From a virus (lineage: Duplodnaviria; Caudoviricetes), in the IMG/VR virus record IMGVR_UViG_3300024283_000074, positions 1 through 35,872 of that record: a stretch of 35,872 nt of DNA; one strand, 5' to 3'. Below are positions 24,098-32,734 of the stretch, piece by piece. The first letter of the stretch is position 1. Each line of letters starts with the position of its first letter. The notes below the pieces were generated by a model. The model made no database searches and was not told the DNA's origin. It saw only the letters and a list, made by a program, of their open reading frames with translations. A program made the position numbers and the translations under genes.

Positions 24098-26204
24098 CCA
24101 AGATCAGAGAATTCAGCAAAAAATCCACGATCTCTATGTTACTCCTGCGAATGAGATTACAGAGGAAAATACACACGTAGATAAAGAAACCGACACCATC
24201 GCATTTAACGATTCTGCCGCCGTGAAACTGGTTATAGACGACACAACAGAAGCAGATTCGTATTTGAACCTCCAACAATGGAGTAGCGGGTGGACCCTCG
24301 CAGATTTATTGTATCAATCACCCGCGACACAAAGCGCCTTTGATGGCGGAAGTGTTGGAAGCTCATCGGTTCCTAAATTCATGGTGAGCAATCACATTTC
24401 ATCCATCGTTCCCAAAGTCATGGGAGGGTTGTTTTACGAGGACCCGCCATTCGATCTTCGTCCTCGCCCGTCTGTATCGCAAGATGTAGTTAGAGCCAAA
24501 GAAGCAATTTTTTCGGCTCAACTAGATCAGATGCACTTCGAAGAAGAAGTCGAACGTACTATGGAACAAGCTGCCCTTTTGGGCACTGGTATCATGAAGT
24601 ACGGTTTCGTCGAATTCGAAAAGAAGATGCGCCGTTACAAGCGCAAAGGCGAACGTAAGCCTATTGAGCAACCAGACGGAAGTGTCAAGATGGTTGACAC
24701 ACCCGAATCGGATGATTACGAAGCCGAAGAGTACACGAAGAAGATTTCGCATCCTTGGATTAAATTCTGCGATATTCGCACAGTGCTTGTAAATCCGGGT
24801 TGCCGCGTCGGCGACATTCGCCGCGCGGGCTGGGTTGTATATCGCGATTACGCAACGTACAGCGATCTTAACCGTCTACGTGGCGTAGAAGGCTACAACA
24901 TTCCTGAAGAGGATGTGCTCAGAGCAATCTTTGCGCAGAACCCGACATCGGGTCCAGACAATATTACGATGACGCTTCCGGAAGGCATGATGGGATATAT
25001 CCAACATGCTTTGCCACGCAGCTACAAGACTTCAGCCGATCCTAACCGTTCACCTATCGAGATTTTGGAACGTTGGGATGACGAGAAGGTTATTGTGATT
25101 CTGTCCTTCAACGGACACAATATTCTTGTTCGCAATGAAGCGAACCCGTACGGACACATTCCGTTCTATTCGTTCAATTGGCGAAACATTCCGGATTGTT
25201 TTTACGGACAAGGGCTTGGTCTTCTTATCGGAAGCGAGCAAATCGTTGAGCAAGGCGTAACAAACTTGGCTCTTGATTTGTTGGCGTACGGTTTGCAACC
25301 AACCGCCGTTCGTAAGAAAGGTTTTAACGCTCTTACCCAAGACGTCCGTTGGCGTCAAGGCGGAATTATCGACGTCGAAGAAGACGTCGACAAGGCATTT
25401 AAGTTTCTTCAGATGCCGCCGGTCCCGGGAGAAGCGTGGCAGTTCATTGCACAAGCTCAGTCATCGGGAGCGTCGACGTCAGGAGCGAACGAACAAGTTG
25501 TTCAAGGCGCAGGTGCCGCTGGTATTAAAACCACAGGCATGCGTTCGGGAACGGGCGCGGCAGCGGTTATTCAAGCTAACGCCAGCCGACTTGATGGTCC
25601 GACAGGACGATTCGTTCGTCAAGTGTTCAAGCCGTGGCTGTATCAGATGGATGAACTCAACAATCTATTGTTGCCAACGTCGGTCATTCGTGACTTACTC
25701 GGCGACGAGCTTGGTGAGCCATATCTAGTCGACCATATTGAATTCCGAGAAGCGAACATCGAATATGAAGTTCTCGCGGGCGCGCAGTTGGGCGCGAAGA
25801 AGGAAATGGCGCAAGCCCTTCCTATAATTATTCAACTTTTGAACAACCCCTCATTCACAGCAAATGCTAACGATGCAGGGTATCAATTTGATGCTGTTGC
25901 AATCTTTAAGGCGTTTGTGGATGCGGCGGGTTGGAAATTTAGTCAATCGTTCCTCCGCAAGATGACACCAGAAGAAGCACAGCGTCACCAAGCTAACTCG
26001 CCTGCAGCCTTACAGCAAGCACAGGCAGCCAGTGCCGCTCAAATGCAGAAAGCAAACTTCGAGCACGAACAACAAATAGAGAACCAGAAACAGTTGGGTA
26101 AGGCAGGAAATGAAGCGTTTCGTGCCGCCATCAATAAGGCTACACAGCCTGAATTGATAGGACAAAATACAACATCTGGGTTCGGTTCAACAACAGCTTT
26201 GTAA
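24090..26204 (+). CDS. portal protein
   Basis: 704 aa between terminase and scaffold/capsid; ALLGTGIMK, NPYGHIPF, FYGQGL motifs; Gln/Ala-rich tail. Confidence 0.85.
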   Translation: MSDQDQRIQQKIHDLYVTPANEITEENTHVDKETDTIAFNDSAAVKLVIDDTTEADSYLNLQQWSSGWTLADLLYQSPATQSAFDGGSVGSSSVPKFMVSNHISSIVPKVMGGLFYEDPPFDLRPRPSVSQDVVRAKEAIFSAQLDQMHFEEEVERTMEQAALLGTGIMKYGFVEFEKKMRRYKRKGERKPIEQPDGSVKMVDTPESDDYEAEEYTKKISHPWIKFCDIRTVLVNPGCRVGDIRRAGWVVYRDYATYSDLNRLRGVEGYNIPEEDVLRAIFAQNPTSGPDNITMTLPEGMMGYIQHALPRSYKTSADPNRSPIEILERWDDEKVIVILSFNGHNILVRNEANPYGHIPFYSFNWRNIPDCFYGQGLGLLIGSEQIVEQGVTNLALDLLAYGLQPTAVRKKGFNALTQDVRWRQGGIIDVEEDVDKAFKFLQMPPVPGEAWQFIAQAQSSGASTSGANEQVVQGAGAAGIKTTGMRSGTGAAAVIQANASRLDGPTGRFVRQVFKPWLYQMDELNNLLLPTSVIRDLLGDELGEPYLVDHIEFREANIEYEVLAGAQLGAKKEMAQALPIIIQLLNNPSFTANANDAGYQFDAVAIFKAFVDAAGWKFSQSFLRKMTPEEAQRHQANSPAALQQAQAASAAQMQKANFEHEQQIENQKQLGKAGNEAFRAAINKATQPELIGQNTTSGFGSTTAL

Positions 26205-26239
26205 AATACTTCCCGTGGGCTTATAATCCACGGCTTTAC

Positions 26240-26288
26240 TGATACAGGGGGAGCCTTATACTCCCCCAGATCACTCTTATAAGGAGAG
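26240..26288 (+). promoter_or_regulatory. kissing-loop leader 7
   Basis: loops ccttata (26254) / tataagg (26278); ATG at 26293. Confidence 0.8.
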
Positions 26289-26292
26289 ACAA

Positions 26293-26787
26293 ATGACAGA
26301 CGCAGAAAAGAAACATGCTTGGTATCTTGCACACGCAGAAGAAGTAAAAGAACGTTCGAGACTATGGGCACTGAATAACCCCGAGCGCATCAAAGAATTA
26401 AATCTCAAGAAAAGCAGAAAGTACGAACAGACGCACAAAAGGCACAGAGACCCCGAAAGAATCGCCAGAACTAAAGAGTGGATTAAAAAGCATCCTGACA
26501 GAGTTGCTGAAATTGCTCGCAAGCACAATTACGGTATTACGCCTGAAGAGTACAAAGAGAAAGTTAAAAAACAAAGGAATCGTTGTGCTCTGTGCGGCAA
26601 CAAAGAAACCCACAAAGACCATCGTTCAGGCAAGGTAAGAGTTTTATCGGTAGATCACGACCACAAAACCAACAAGTTAAGAGGTCTTCTTTGTGGCAAT
26701 TGCAATAGGGGTTTAGGTATGTTTAAAGACAGCATAGACCTTTTACTTAAAGCAATCAAATATTTGAAAAAGCATAAGAGGTCCTAA
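26293..26787 (+). CDS. endonuclease VII-family homing endonuclease
   Basis: YGITPEEY...QRNRCALC...LSVDHDHKTNKLRGLLCGNCNRGLGMFKDS. Confidence 0.9.
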   Translation: MTDAEKKHAWYLAHAEEVKERSRLWALNNPERIKELNLKKSRKYEQTHKRHRDPERIARTKEWIKKHPDRVAEIARKHNYGITPEEYKEKVKKQRNRCALCGNKETHKDHRSGKVRVLSVDHDHKTNKLRGLLCGNCNRGLGMFKDSIDLLLKAIKYLKKHKRS

Positions 26788-27236
26788 TGACTGAGAGACA
26801 AAAAGAAAAGCAAACAATTCTTTCACCAGATTTGTCACCCGCAAAGAAAGCACTGCTTTTGCAAGTAATTCTTTCACCCGGGTGGAAAGTGGTTGAGGAA
26901 ATCGCTAACGAAGCCTGTCTCAGGTTCACACAGGACATTATAAGATTAGACCCAGAATCAGAGGATTACGAGCGTGTAGCCCAAACAAGAACATTACGCG
27001 CTCGTAACGCCTCAGAGTTTAGTGATCTTCTTTTCAAGTCAATTGTCGTACACGCTAATTCAATACGACAGACGCAAGCGAAAGAAGATAGAGAAGTGGT
27101 TGAATCCGTAGGCGCAGCGTTCGGAATTCATCCAGCAAAGAAAGCGGACCCGAAGGCCGATCCGGCAGAAGCCATAAAGAAGACTTTTGGCATTCATCCG
27201 GCTCGTCCCAAGAAGTCTGAAAATAGTGTTAAGTAA
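26787..27236 (+). CDS. hypothetical protein (post-portal head-module gene)
   Basis: TAATG coupling; SPGWKVV motif; duplicated FGIHPA at the C-terminus. Confidence 0.7.
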   Translation: MTERQKEKQTILSPDLSPAKKALLLQVILSPGWKVVEEIANEACLRFTQDIIRLDPESEDYERVAQTRTLRARNASEFSDLLFKSIVVHANSIRQTQAKEDREVVESVGAAFGIHPAKKADPKADPAEAIKKTFGIHPARPKKSENSVK

Positions 27237-27283
27237 TTCCCTCCCGAGGGGAAGCAGTTGAATTAATCTTAAGGAACAATAAA

Positions 27284-28603
27284 ATGAGACTTACCGCAAA
27301 TGACATCAGCCTAACATGGCTTGAGTCCGCAACACTCGAAGATTTGAAATCCGCGATGAGAGCCGGTGGCGACGTATTGAACGCCGTCAACGCTTTGCTC
27401 GTCACACCCGAAGGCAAAACAATTGCCAGCGAGATGTTGAACGATCCGGATTACGTGCCGAAGTCCCGTCGTCAAGTGGACCCAGCCGAAGCCGCGCAGA
27501 TTGCAGAAGATGAGGCTAGAGCAGCCGCTGCCCTCGAAGCAGAGAAGAACGCTCAAGCGTCCGAACTAGGGGCCCCGATTACTCCCGAAGGTGAAGCGCC
27601 CGTCGTTCCCGTAGAAGAGCCGAAGAAAAAGATTGTATTAGATTATCAAGTGACCGACGAAAACGGTCAGCCTATCGGTCGTCCGACTCACATCGAGGGA
27701 TGGTCGTGGGAAGAAGTTTCCGAGAAGCAGAAGCAAGCGCACATTCACGCGGTTCGTTACGCAGAGCGCTTGAAGGCCAATCGCTCGAAGCAAGCAGTTG
27801 TGGCAGCCGATGCCGAAGTAAAGAACGCAGCCGTTAGGGCCGCAAAAGACAAGACCGCTCAACTTCTCGATGAAGCAGCAAAAGAACAAGACCCAGAGAA
27901 GAGAATTGAAGCAATTAAGAAAGTCGCCGAAGCCGAAGTAGCAGCACGAGAGGCCGAGGTAGACGCCCACCAGCAAGGCAAGAAAGTTGCCGAAGCTTGG
28001 ATGGAAGACCACAAAGAAGATTTCTTGCCGTGTCTCGCATCCTCAAACATCATGCGCGAGTATATGTCCGCTAATGGACTATCTATGTCGTATGAAAATC
28101 TTGAGAAGGCGTTTCAGGCAGTAAAACACCAGTTGCCTAAGGTTGAAAGGCAACAGGCAACTGAAGTGACAACATCTGCTGAGCCGTCGAATAATACTTC
28201 GGCATCAGCGTCCACACCCGCAGCCTCGGCCTCGGCGTCAATAACGCCAGCCGTTGTTCCGAGCAAGGAAACAGTTCAACCTACAGTACAGCCGTCAGCG
28301 GCACCGGCAACACCGGTGGTACCTCCCGCAGCGGAAACGGCCCCGAATCCTACGCCTGCAGTAGCGCAAAATGCGCAACAAACTGCCCGTAGGCCGGGAG
28401 TTAACGGTGGTTTGCAACCCGGCTCGATGTCTGCAGCACGACCGAGTGAAGCACCTAAGCCAACCATCGAACAAACTCGTTCAGTACTATTGAGAGAAAT
28501 CGCAAAGATGCCCCGTGATGAATATCGCAAAAAACTTCGTGACGCCAATTACGTCAAGAGGTTGGAAGCAGCGGGTATCCCAGTAGTCGGACAGCGCGGA
28601 TAA
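27284..28603 (+). CDS. probable capsid scaffolding protein
   Basis: immediately upstream of the capsid gene; Ala/Glu helical region, Pro/Ala/Thr low-complexity linker, C-terminal IAKMPRDEYRK helix. Confidence 0.7.
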   Translation: MRLTANDISLTWLESATLEDLKSAMRAGGDVLNAVNALLVTPEGKTIASEMLNDPDYVPKSRRQVDPAEAAQIAEDEARAAAALEAEKNAQASELGAPITPEGEAPVVPVEEPKKKIVLDYQVTDENGQPIGRPTHIEGWSWEEVSEKQKQAHIHAVRYAERLKANRSKQAVVAADAEVKNAAVRAAKDKTAQLLDEAAKEQDPEKRIEAIKKVAEAEVAAREAEVDAHQQGKKVAEAWMEDHKEDFLPCLASSNIMREYMSANGLSMSYENLEKAFQAVKHQLPKVERQQATEVTTSAEPSNNTSASASTPAASASASITPAVVPSKETVQPTVQPSAAPATPVVPPAAETAPNPTPAVAQNAQQTARRPGVNGGLQPGSMSAARPSEAPKPTIEQTRSVLLREIAKMPRDEYRKKLRDANYVKRLEAAGIPVVGQRG

Positions 28604-28641
28604 AACCGACGCTTTAATTTAAGAGGCAAAGGGTTGATCCC

Positions 28642-30320
28642 ATGAGTGGACCATCACCTTCAGCATCAAACGTATCAAACGTACTCACCGCGCAGGCGAT
28701 CTTGTTCGACAAAGAACTGATCCCGAACCTAAAGGGTGAGACAGATGCATTCGTGACCGTGGCAGAACGCCGCGTTCAGGGGTTGCATATGGGCATTAAC
28801 CGTCAGTTCTTCCAGTACAACACTCTAACGGGTGACACTGCACAAGCCGCTGACGGTAACGTTGGAGCACCGGAAGTTGTTTCGCAAATCACCGCACCGG
28901 CAACGGTCGGCGAATGGAATAACTATACAAACTTCAGCGCGTTCGCAATCGCTTCTAGCATTGACGAACTTGTTGGCAACAGCGCAGTCGAACTCGGCTA
29001 TCAAGCCGGTCAGTCGATCAGCGAGTTGTACAGCGCAGTTGCAGACAGCGCGTCAAGCGTTGACGGCAACGTAAACCAGAACGGGTTGCTTTCTTCTCCG
29101 TTCACGCTCGATCTCGCGACCGTTCGTGAAATGAAGCAGCAGCTTGTGTCGATTGACGTACTTCCTTGCAAAAAGGGGATGTACTACGGCGTCGTATCGC
29201 CTAACGTGCTTGGCGATATTTACAACGCAACGACTGTGAACAACAGCATCATCGACAACTGGAAGCACACGGAAAGTGGCCAGCGCAAGTTTGACGAAAT
29301 GGCCGGATCGGATCAGACAAAAGAAATCGTGCTTCCGGGTACGAACATTCTTTTCCGTCAGACCCCGTTCGTGACCAAGACGGCTAACTTCTCGGCTGGT
29401 AAGACCGCTTATAGAACTTACGTTTTCGGTAATTATTCTATGATCGGTGTGTGGCTCCAAGTTCAACATGGACTCATAGCAGCGTAATCTGCTAGTAGAT
29501 AATTTGCTCTGATTGACTTGAAACCTGAAACGGTAACAAGGCGGAAGCCGAAAGGCACCGTGAACGACTAAGCGAGCGAACACCCTTCGGGGTGATGCGA
29601 TAGTCTGCTCTTCATCGAATAAAAAGATGAAGAGGTTGGCAGAAATGACCAACCCCGCTTTTAAAAGCGAGTAACATACGGCCCGGAGACACAGATTTGG
29701 ATGAAGGCGATTGGAGAACCATCGGCGAGTAGGTGGTCTCGCGGCGAAATCCGCGATGAATAAATTTTAGGTGATTGACTTGAACCCTGAGATGGGAACA
29801 AGGCGCAAGCGAAAGCAGCGTGAGAGACTAAGTCCTGAAACACCCTTTGGGGTGATGCGATAGTCCGAACATACGAGAATAAAATCGTATGAAGCTAACA
29901 GAAATGATTAGCTCCATTGAAAAAATGAGTAACATATTGCGACTGCCGCGTCGTTACGGATGCTCCTCCGTCCTCATTCGATCCAACAGCAACAATCGGT
30001 GGATGGGCTTCATACCGCTTCCACCAGACAGTGACCTTGCCACCGGCAACGGGAACAAATACCCAGCGTCTACGCTGGATTGATAGTGTTCAATACGGAC
30101 TCCTAGCAGCGTAATCTGTTAGTAGAAAATTCTCTCTGATTAAGCTGAACCCTGAAATGGGAACAGACTGGAAGGAAGAAATTCCACCAGTAACGACTGA
30201 GCGAGAGAAAACCCCTCGGGGTTATGCGACAGTCTGCTCTTACAGGAAACGAAACTGTAAGAAGTCGACAGAAATGATCGACTCCGCGAAGGCGGTAACA
30301 AACGGCCTGCTATCCAGTAA
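28642..30320 (+). CDS. major capsid protein, spliced: join(28642..29463,29682..29722,29940..30090,30306..30320), 342 aa
   Basis: position after portal and scaffold; removing the three introns gives an open frame ...WLQV|PGDTDLDEGDWRTI|DCRVV...DPTATIGGWASYRF...WIDSV|PAIQ*. Confidence 0.85.
29464..29681 (+). ncRNA. group I intron 1 in capsid gene (218 nt, no ORF)
   Basis: P1 gttc-aacat-ggac puts a U.G pair at the 5' splice site; P7 elements gaacGACTAagc / gcgaTAGTCtg; terminal G. Confidence 0.88.
29723..29939 (+). ncRNA. group I intron 2 in capsid gene (217 nt, no ORF)
   Basis: P1 accatc/ggtggt with U.G at the splice site (splits ATC codon); gagaGACTAagt / gcgaTAGTCcg; terminal G. Confidence 0.88.
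30091..30305 (+). ncRNA. group I intron 3 in capsid gene (215 nt, no ORF)
   Basis: P1 gttc-aatac-ggac; aacGACTGagc / gcgaCAGTCtg (compensatory change relative to introns 1 and 2); terminal G. Confidence 0.88.
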
Positions 30321-30330
30321 CAAAAACTTC

Positions 30331-30359
30331 TTGACACGAACGATCATTCGTGTTAGGAT
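30331..30359 (+). promoter_or_regulatory. sigma70-type promoter with overlapping inverted repeat
   Basis: TTGACA-17 bp-TAGGAT; acacgaa-N6-ttcgtgt dyad spans the spacer. Confidence 0.6.
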
Positions 30360-30362
30360 TAA

Positions 30363-30416
30363 GATTGACGGGGTGTGCCATGAACACACCCCTCAATCAC
30401 ACTCTTTCATGGAGAG
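30363..30416 (+). promoter_or_regulatory. kissing-loop leader 8
   Basis: loops ccatgaa (30378) / ttcatgg (30406); ATG at 30420. Confidence 0.8.
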
Positions 30417-30419
30417 AAA

Positions 30420-31061
30420 ATGATAGTTTATCTAATCACTAATAAAAAGAACGGAAAAAGATACGTCGGTCAACACGCTGGTACGAATTTGGAATCATAC
30501 TGGCAAAGAAATGTTTGGTTGGCTGAAAACGGATATCAAGGAAAGAGATTGCTCTATCGAGCGATTCGCAAGCACGGCATCGACGGTTTCGATGTAAAAA
30601 CTCTTGTTATTGTTGGAACAAAACAAGAGATGGACTACTACGAAATAGAGTTAATAAAAATTTGGAACACCACCAATCCTGAAAAAGGCTATAACATAAC
30701 ATACGGTGGCGATGGTTCTTTGGGCGTTAGAATGAGCGAAGAGACTCGCGCCAAGATGTCTGAGTCCAGAACGGGTTTAGTAATGCCCGAAAGTCACCGT
30801 CGTAAACTATCGGAACGTAGCAAAGGTAACAAATACGCTCTTGGTCGTAAGATGACGAAAGAAAATTTCGATAAACTAATGGCGGCACACGTCGGAGCCA
30901 AGCGTAGCGAAGAATCTAAAAAACGCATGTCAGAAGCTCACACGGGAAAACCGTGGTCTGATAAACAAAGAGAAGCACGCCATATTCGTTGGCACACCAA
31001 TCGCAACATCGTAAATCCAAAATGTAAATTGTGCATGGAGCAATCAAATAATGTCACCTAA
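30420..31061 (+). CDS. GIY-YIG homing endonuclease with NUMOD3-type repeats
   Basis: IVYLITNKKNGKRYVGQ, KGYN..YGG, SEETRAKMS repeats, C-terminal H.RWH...CxxC. Confidence 0.9.
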   Translation: MIVYLITNKKNGKRYVGQHAGTNLESYWQRNVWLAENGYQGKRLLYRAIRKHGIDGFDVKTLVIVGTKQEMDYYEIELIKIWNTTNPEKGYNITYGGDGSLGVRMSEETRAKMSESRTGLVMPESHRRKLSERSKGNKYALGRKMTKENFDKLMAAHVGAKRSEESKKRMSEAHTGKPWSDKQREARHIRWHTNRNIVNPKCKLCMEQSNNVT

Positions 31062-31755
31062 CCCGTTCACCCTCGCCGAAGGTCAGCAACACGTTGATCT
31101 CCGCAACACACGCGCCCACGAAGGCGAAATCATCACCAGCCACCACGACGTCCCCACCACCACGGCGTCCATTCAAGAAATTCTCGCGGGAGGCACACCC
31201 GATTGGGTGAAACGTCCTCACGAGTGGAAGAACTATGCACGCGAATCATTCCTAAGAGAGAAAGAAATCTCCGATGAAATGGTCGAACGTTACCAAATGG
31301 AGGACCAAATTGAGTTAACAAACGCCAAGGCGCGCTTAGTTAATCCAATGTCCACCGATCAGTTTATGCACAAGTTGAGAACGAACTCAATTTGTCCCGT
31401 CAAGTGTTTCACGGTTTACAATGGCCTTCAAGGCACGGTTGGACTATGGTGCATCCCGCCCAAGGTTACGGGTCGCGCAAGGTACGTTTGTTACATTCGA
31501 GTTCCGTTCATGTACGAATGGAGCCTATTAAAGCTTGACAAGCACAATCTTCCCGCCGGTGAACTCAGAGGCTGGCGAACGGCAATCGTAGAATTAGTCA
31601 AGTGCGAAATCCTGACCGAATGGCAGGCACATCAAATTTTTGGGAATCCCTCGGGCAACCGATGCTTCCGACGTTATCGTGAATCCTTGTGGGAAATCCG
31701 CAACGGCAAGCGATACACGGCAGAAGAGTTGGCCGGTAAAGATACCCAAGCATAG
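31051..31755 (+). CDS. hypothetical protein
   Basis: GGAG SD; 234 aa; RGWRT motif. Confidence 0.7.
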   Translation: MSPNPFTLAEGQQHVDLRNTRAHEGEIITSHHDVPTTTASIQEILAGGTPDWVKRPHEWKNYARESFLREKEISDEMVERYQMEDQIELTNAKARLVNPMSTDQFMHKLRTNSICPVKCFTVYNGLQGTVGLWCIPPKVTGRARYVCYIRVPFMYEWSLLKLDKHNLPAGELRGWRTAIVELVKCEILTEWQAHQIFGNPSGNRCFRRYRESLWEIRNGKRYTAEELAGKDTQA

Positions 31756-31854
31756 CAGTAAGGTTGTAAAGGTTAGTCGACAAACCTTAATCGTGTTGAC
31801 ACAAATCACTGGGTAACGTACGCCATAAGGTACGCGTAGTTTAATAAGGAAAAT

Positions 31855-32538
31855 ATGAGCAACACAGGAAACAATCAGAAACCGAAGTCGGTGTTTGAAC
31901 AACTCGGAGAAGGTACGATTCCTTCTACGGAGCCTTTAGTTCAAGCACAGGCAGAAACATCAGCAATCGCAGCCAAACAAGCATCGGCAGCCGTAGTCGA
32001 CGCCGGTATGTTGGGCCAACTTCTTCAATACCTGATTTTGAAAGAAGGACGCGACGCACAAAAGGCGCAAGAAGACGAAGCTCGTCGCAAGACGATTCAA
32101 CGTCAACGCGACCGTAACGCAAAGGATCAGGACTCCAAAGTTCTGTTGAAGCAAGCCCGTTGCAAGCACCTTAAGGGTGGCAAGAAAGGGCCGAAGACAC
32201 AGAACAAGGATTACGCCGTTTATCAACACCGTTTCATCGCGTTCACCACGTACATCCGTTGCCGTATTTGCGGCATGAAGTGGTTCCCGAAGGACACCGT
32301 TGAATATCTTGTTCGCGAAGACAAGACCGGCAAAGAAAGAAAGATTTCAAATCACACAAAGATTGGATGGCGCGAAGCGGTTAACATGTGTGACGCTTCT
32401 ACCGATACGCAGTCGGCATCGGAATCCATCCCGAACGTGGCACCTAACGCAACTAACCTCGACGCGTACGGAGCGGAATTCAACAGCCGATTCGTCGACA
32501 AGGATAGCGGCGAAGTGGTCGAAGGCGTCACGATTTAA
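31855..32538 (+). CDS. hypothetical protein with coiled coil and C.H...CxxC motif
   Basis: AAGGA SD; 227 aa; followed by a terminator. Confidence 0.7.
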   Translation: MSNTGNNQKPKSVFEQLGEGTIPSTEPLVQAQAETSAIAAKQASAAVVDAGMLGQLLQYLILKEGRDAQKAQEDEARRKTIQRQRDRNAKDQDSKVLLKQARCKHLKGGKKGPKTQNKDYAVYQHRFIAFTTYIRCRICGMKWFPKDTVEYLVREDKTGKERKISNHTKIGWREAVNMCDASTDTQSASESIPNVAPNATNLDAYGAEFNSRFVDKDSGEVVEGVTI

Positions 32539-32561
32539 ACAAGCCAGTAGACAAGCGCAAC

Positions 32562-32592
32562 AGGGGGCGGCTACGGTCGCCCCTTTTTATTT
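32562..32592 (+). terminator. intrinsic terminator
   Basis: agggggcggc-tacg-gtcgccccct hairpin followed by ttttattt. Confidence 0.8.
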
Positions 32593-32734
32593 TCAGTTTC
32601 TAGTAGTTCAAGGCAGAATGCAGATTTCCCTCCTTCAATTGACAGAGAACGCATCCACACCCTTCTGTCACAATCATTTTCAAATTGCGGCCCCCTCTTT
32701 TGCTGCACAAGATTTTCAACAGGAATTTTAAGCT

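Noticed and set aside
28642-29487. 281-aa capsid ORF taken as complete, or as a pseudogene or stop-codon recoding case
   Set aside because: The stop lies in intron 1 and splicing restores the frame; other genes use all three stops normally and no suppressor tRNA was seen
29889-30423. ORFs 29889..30083 and 30157..30423 as intron-encoded proteins
   Set aside because: They straddle intron-exon boundaries in the wrong frame and have no nuclease motifs
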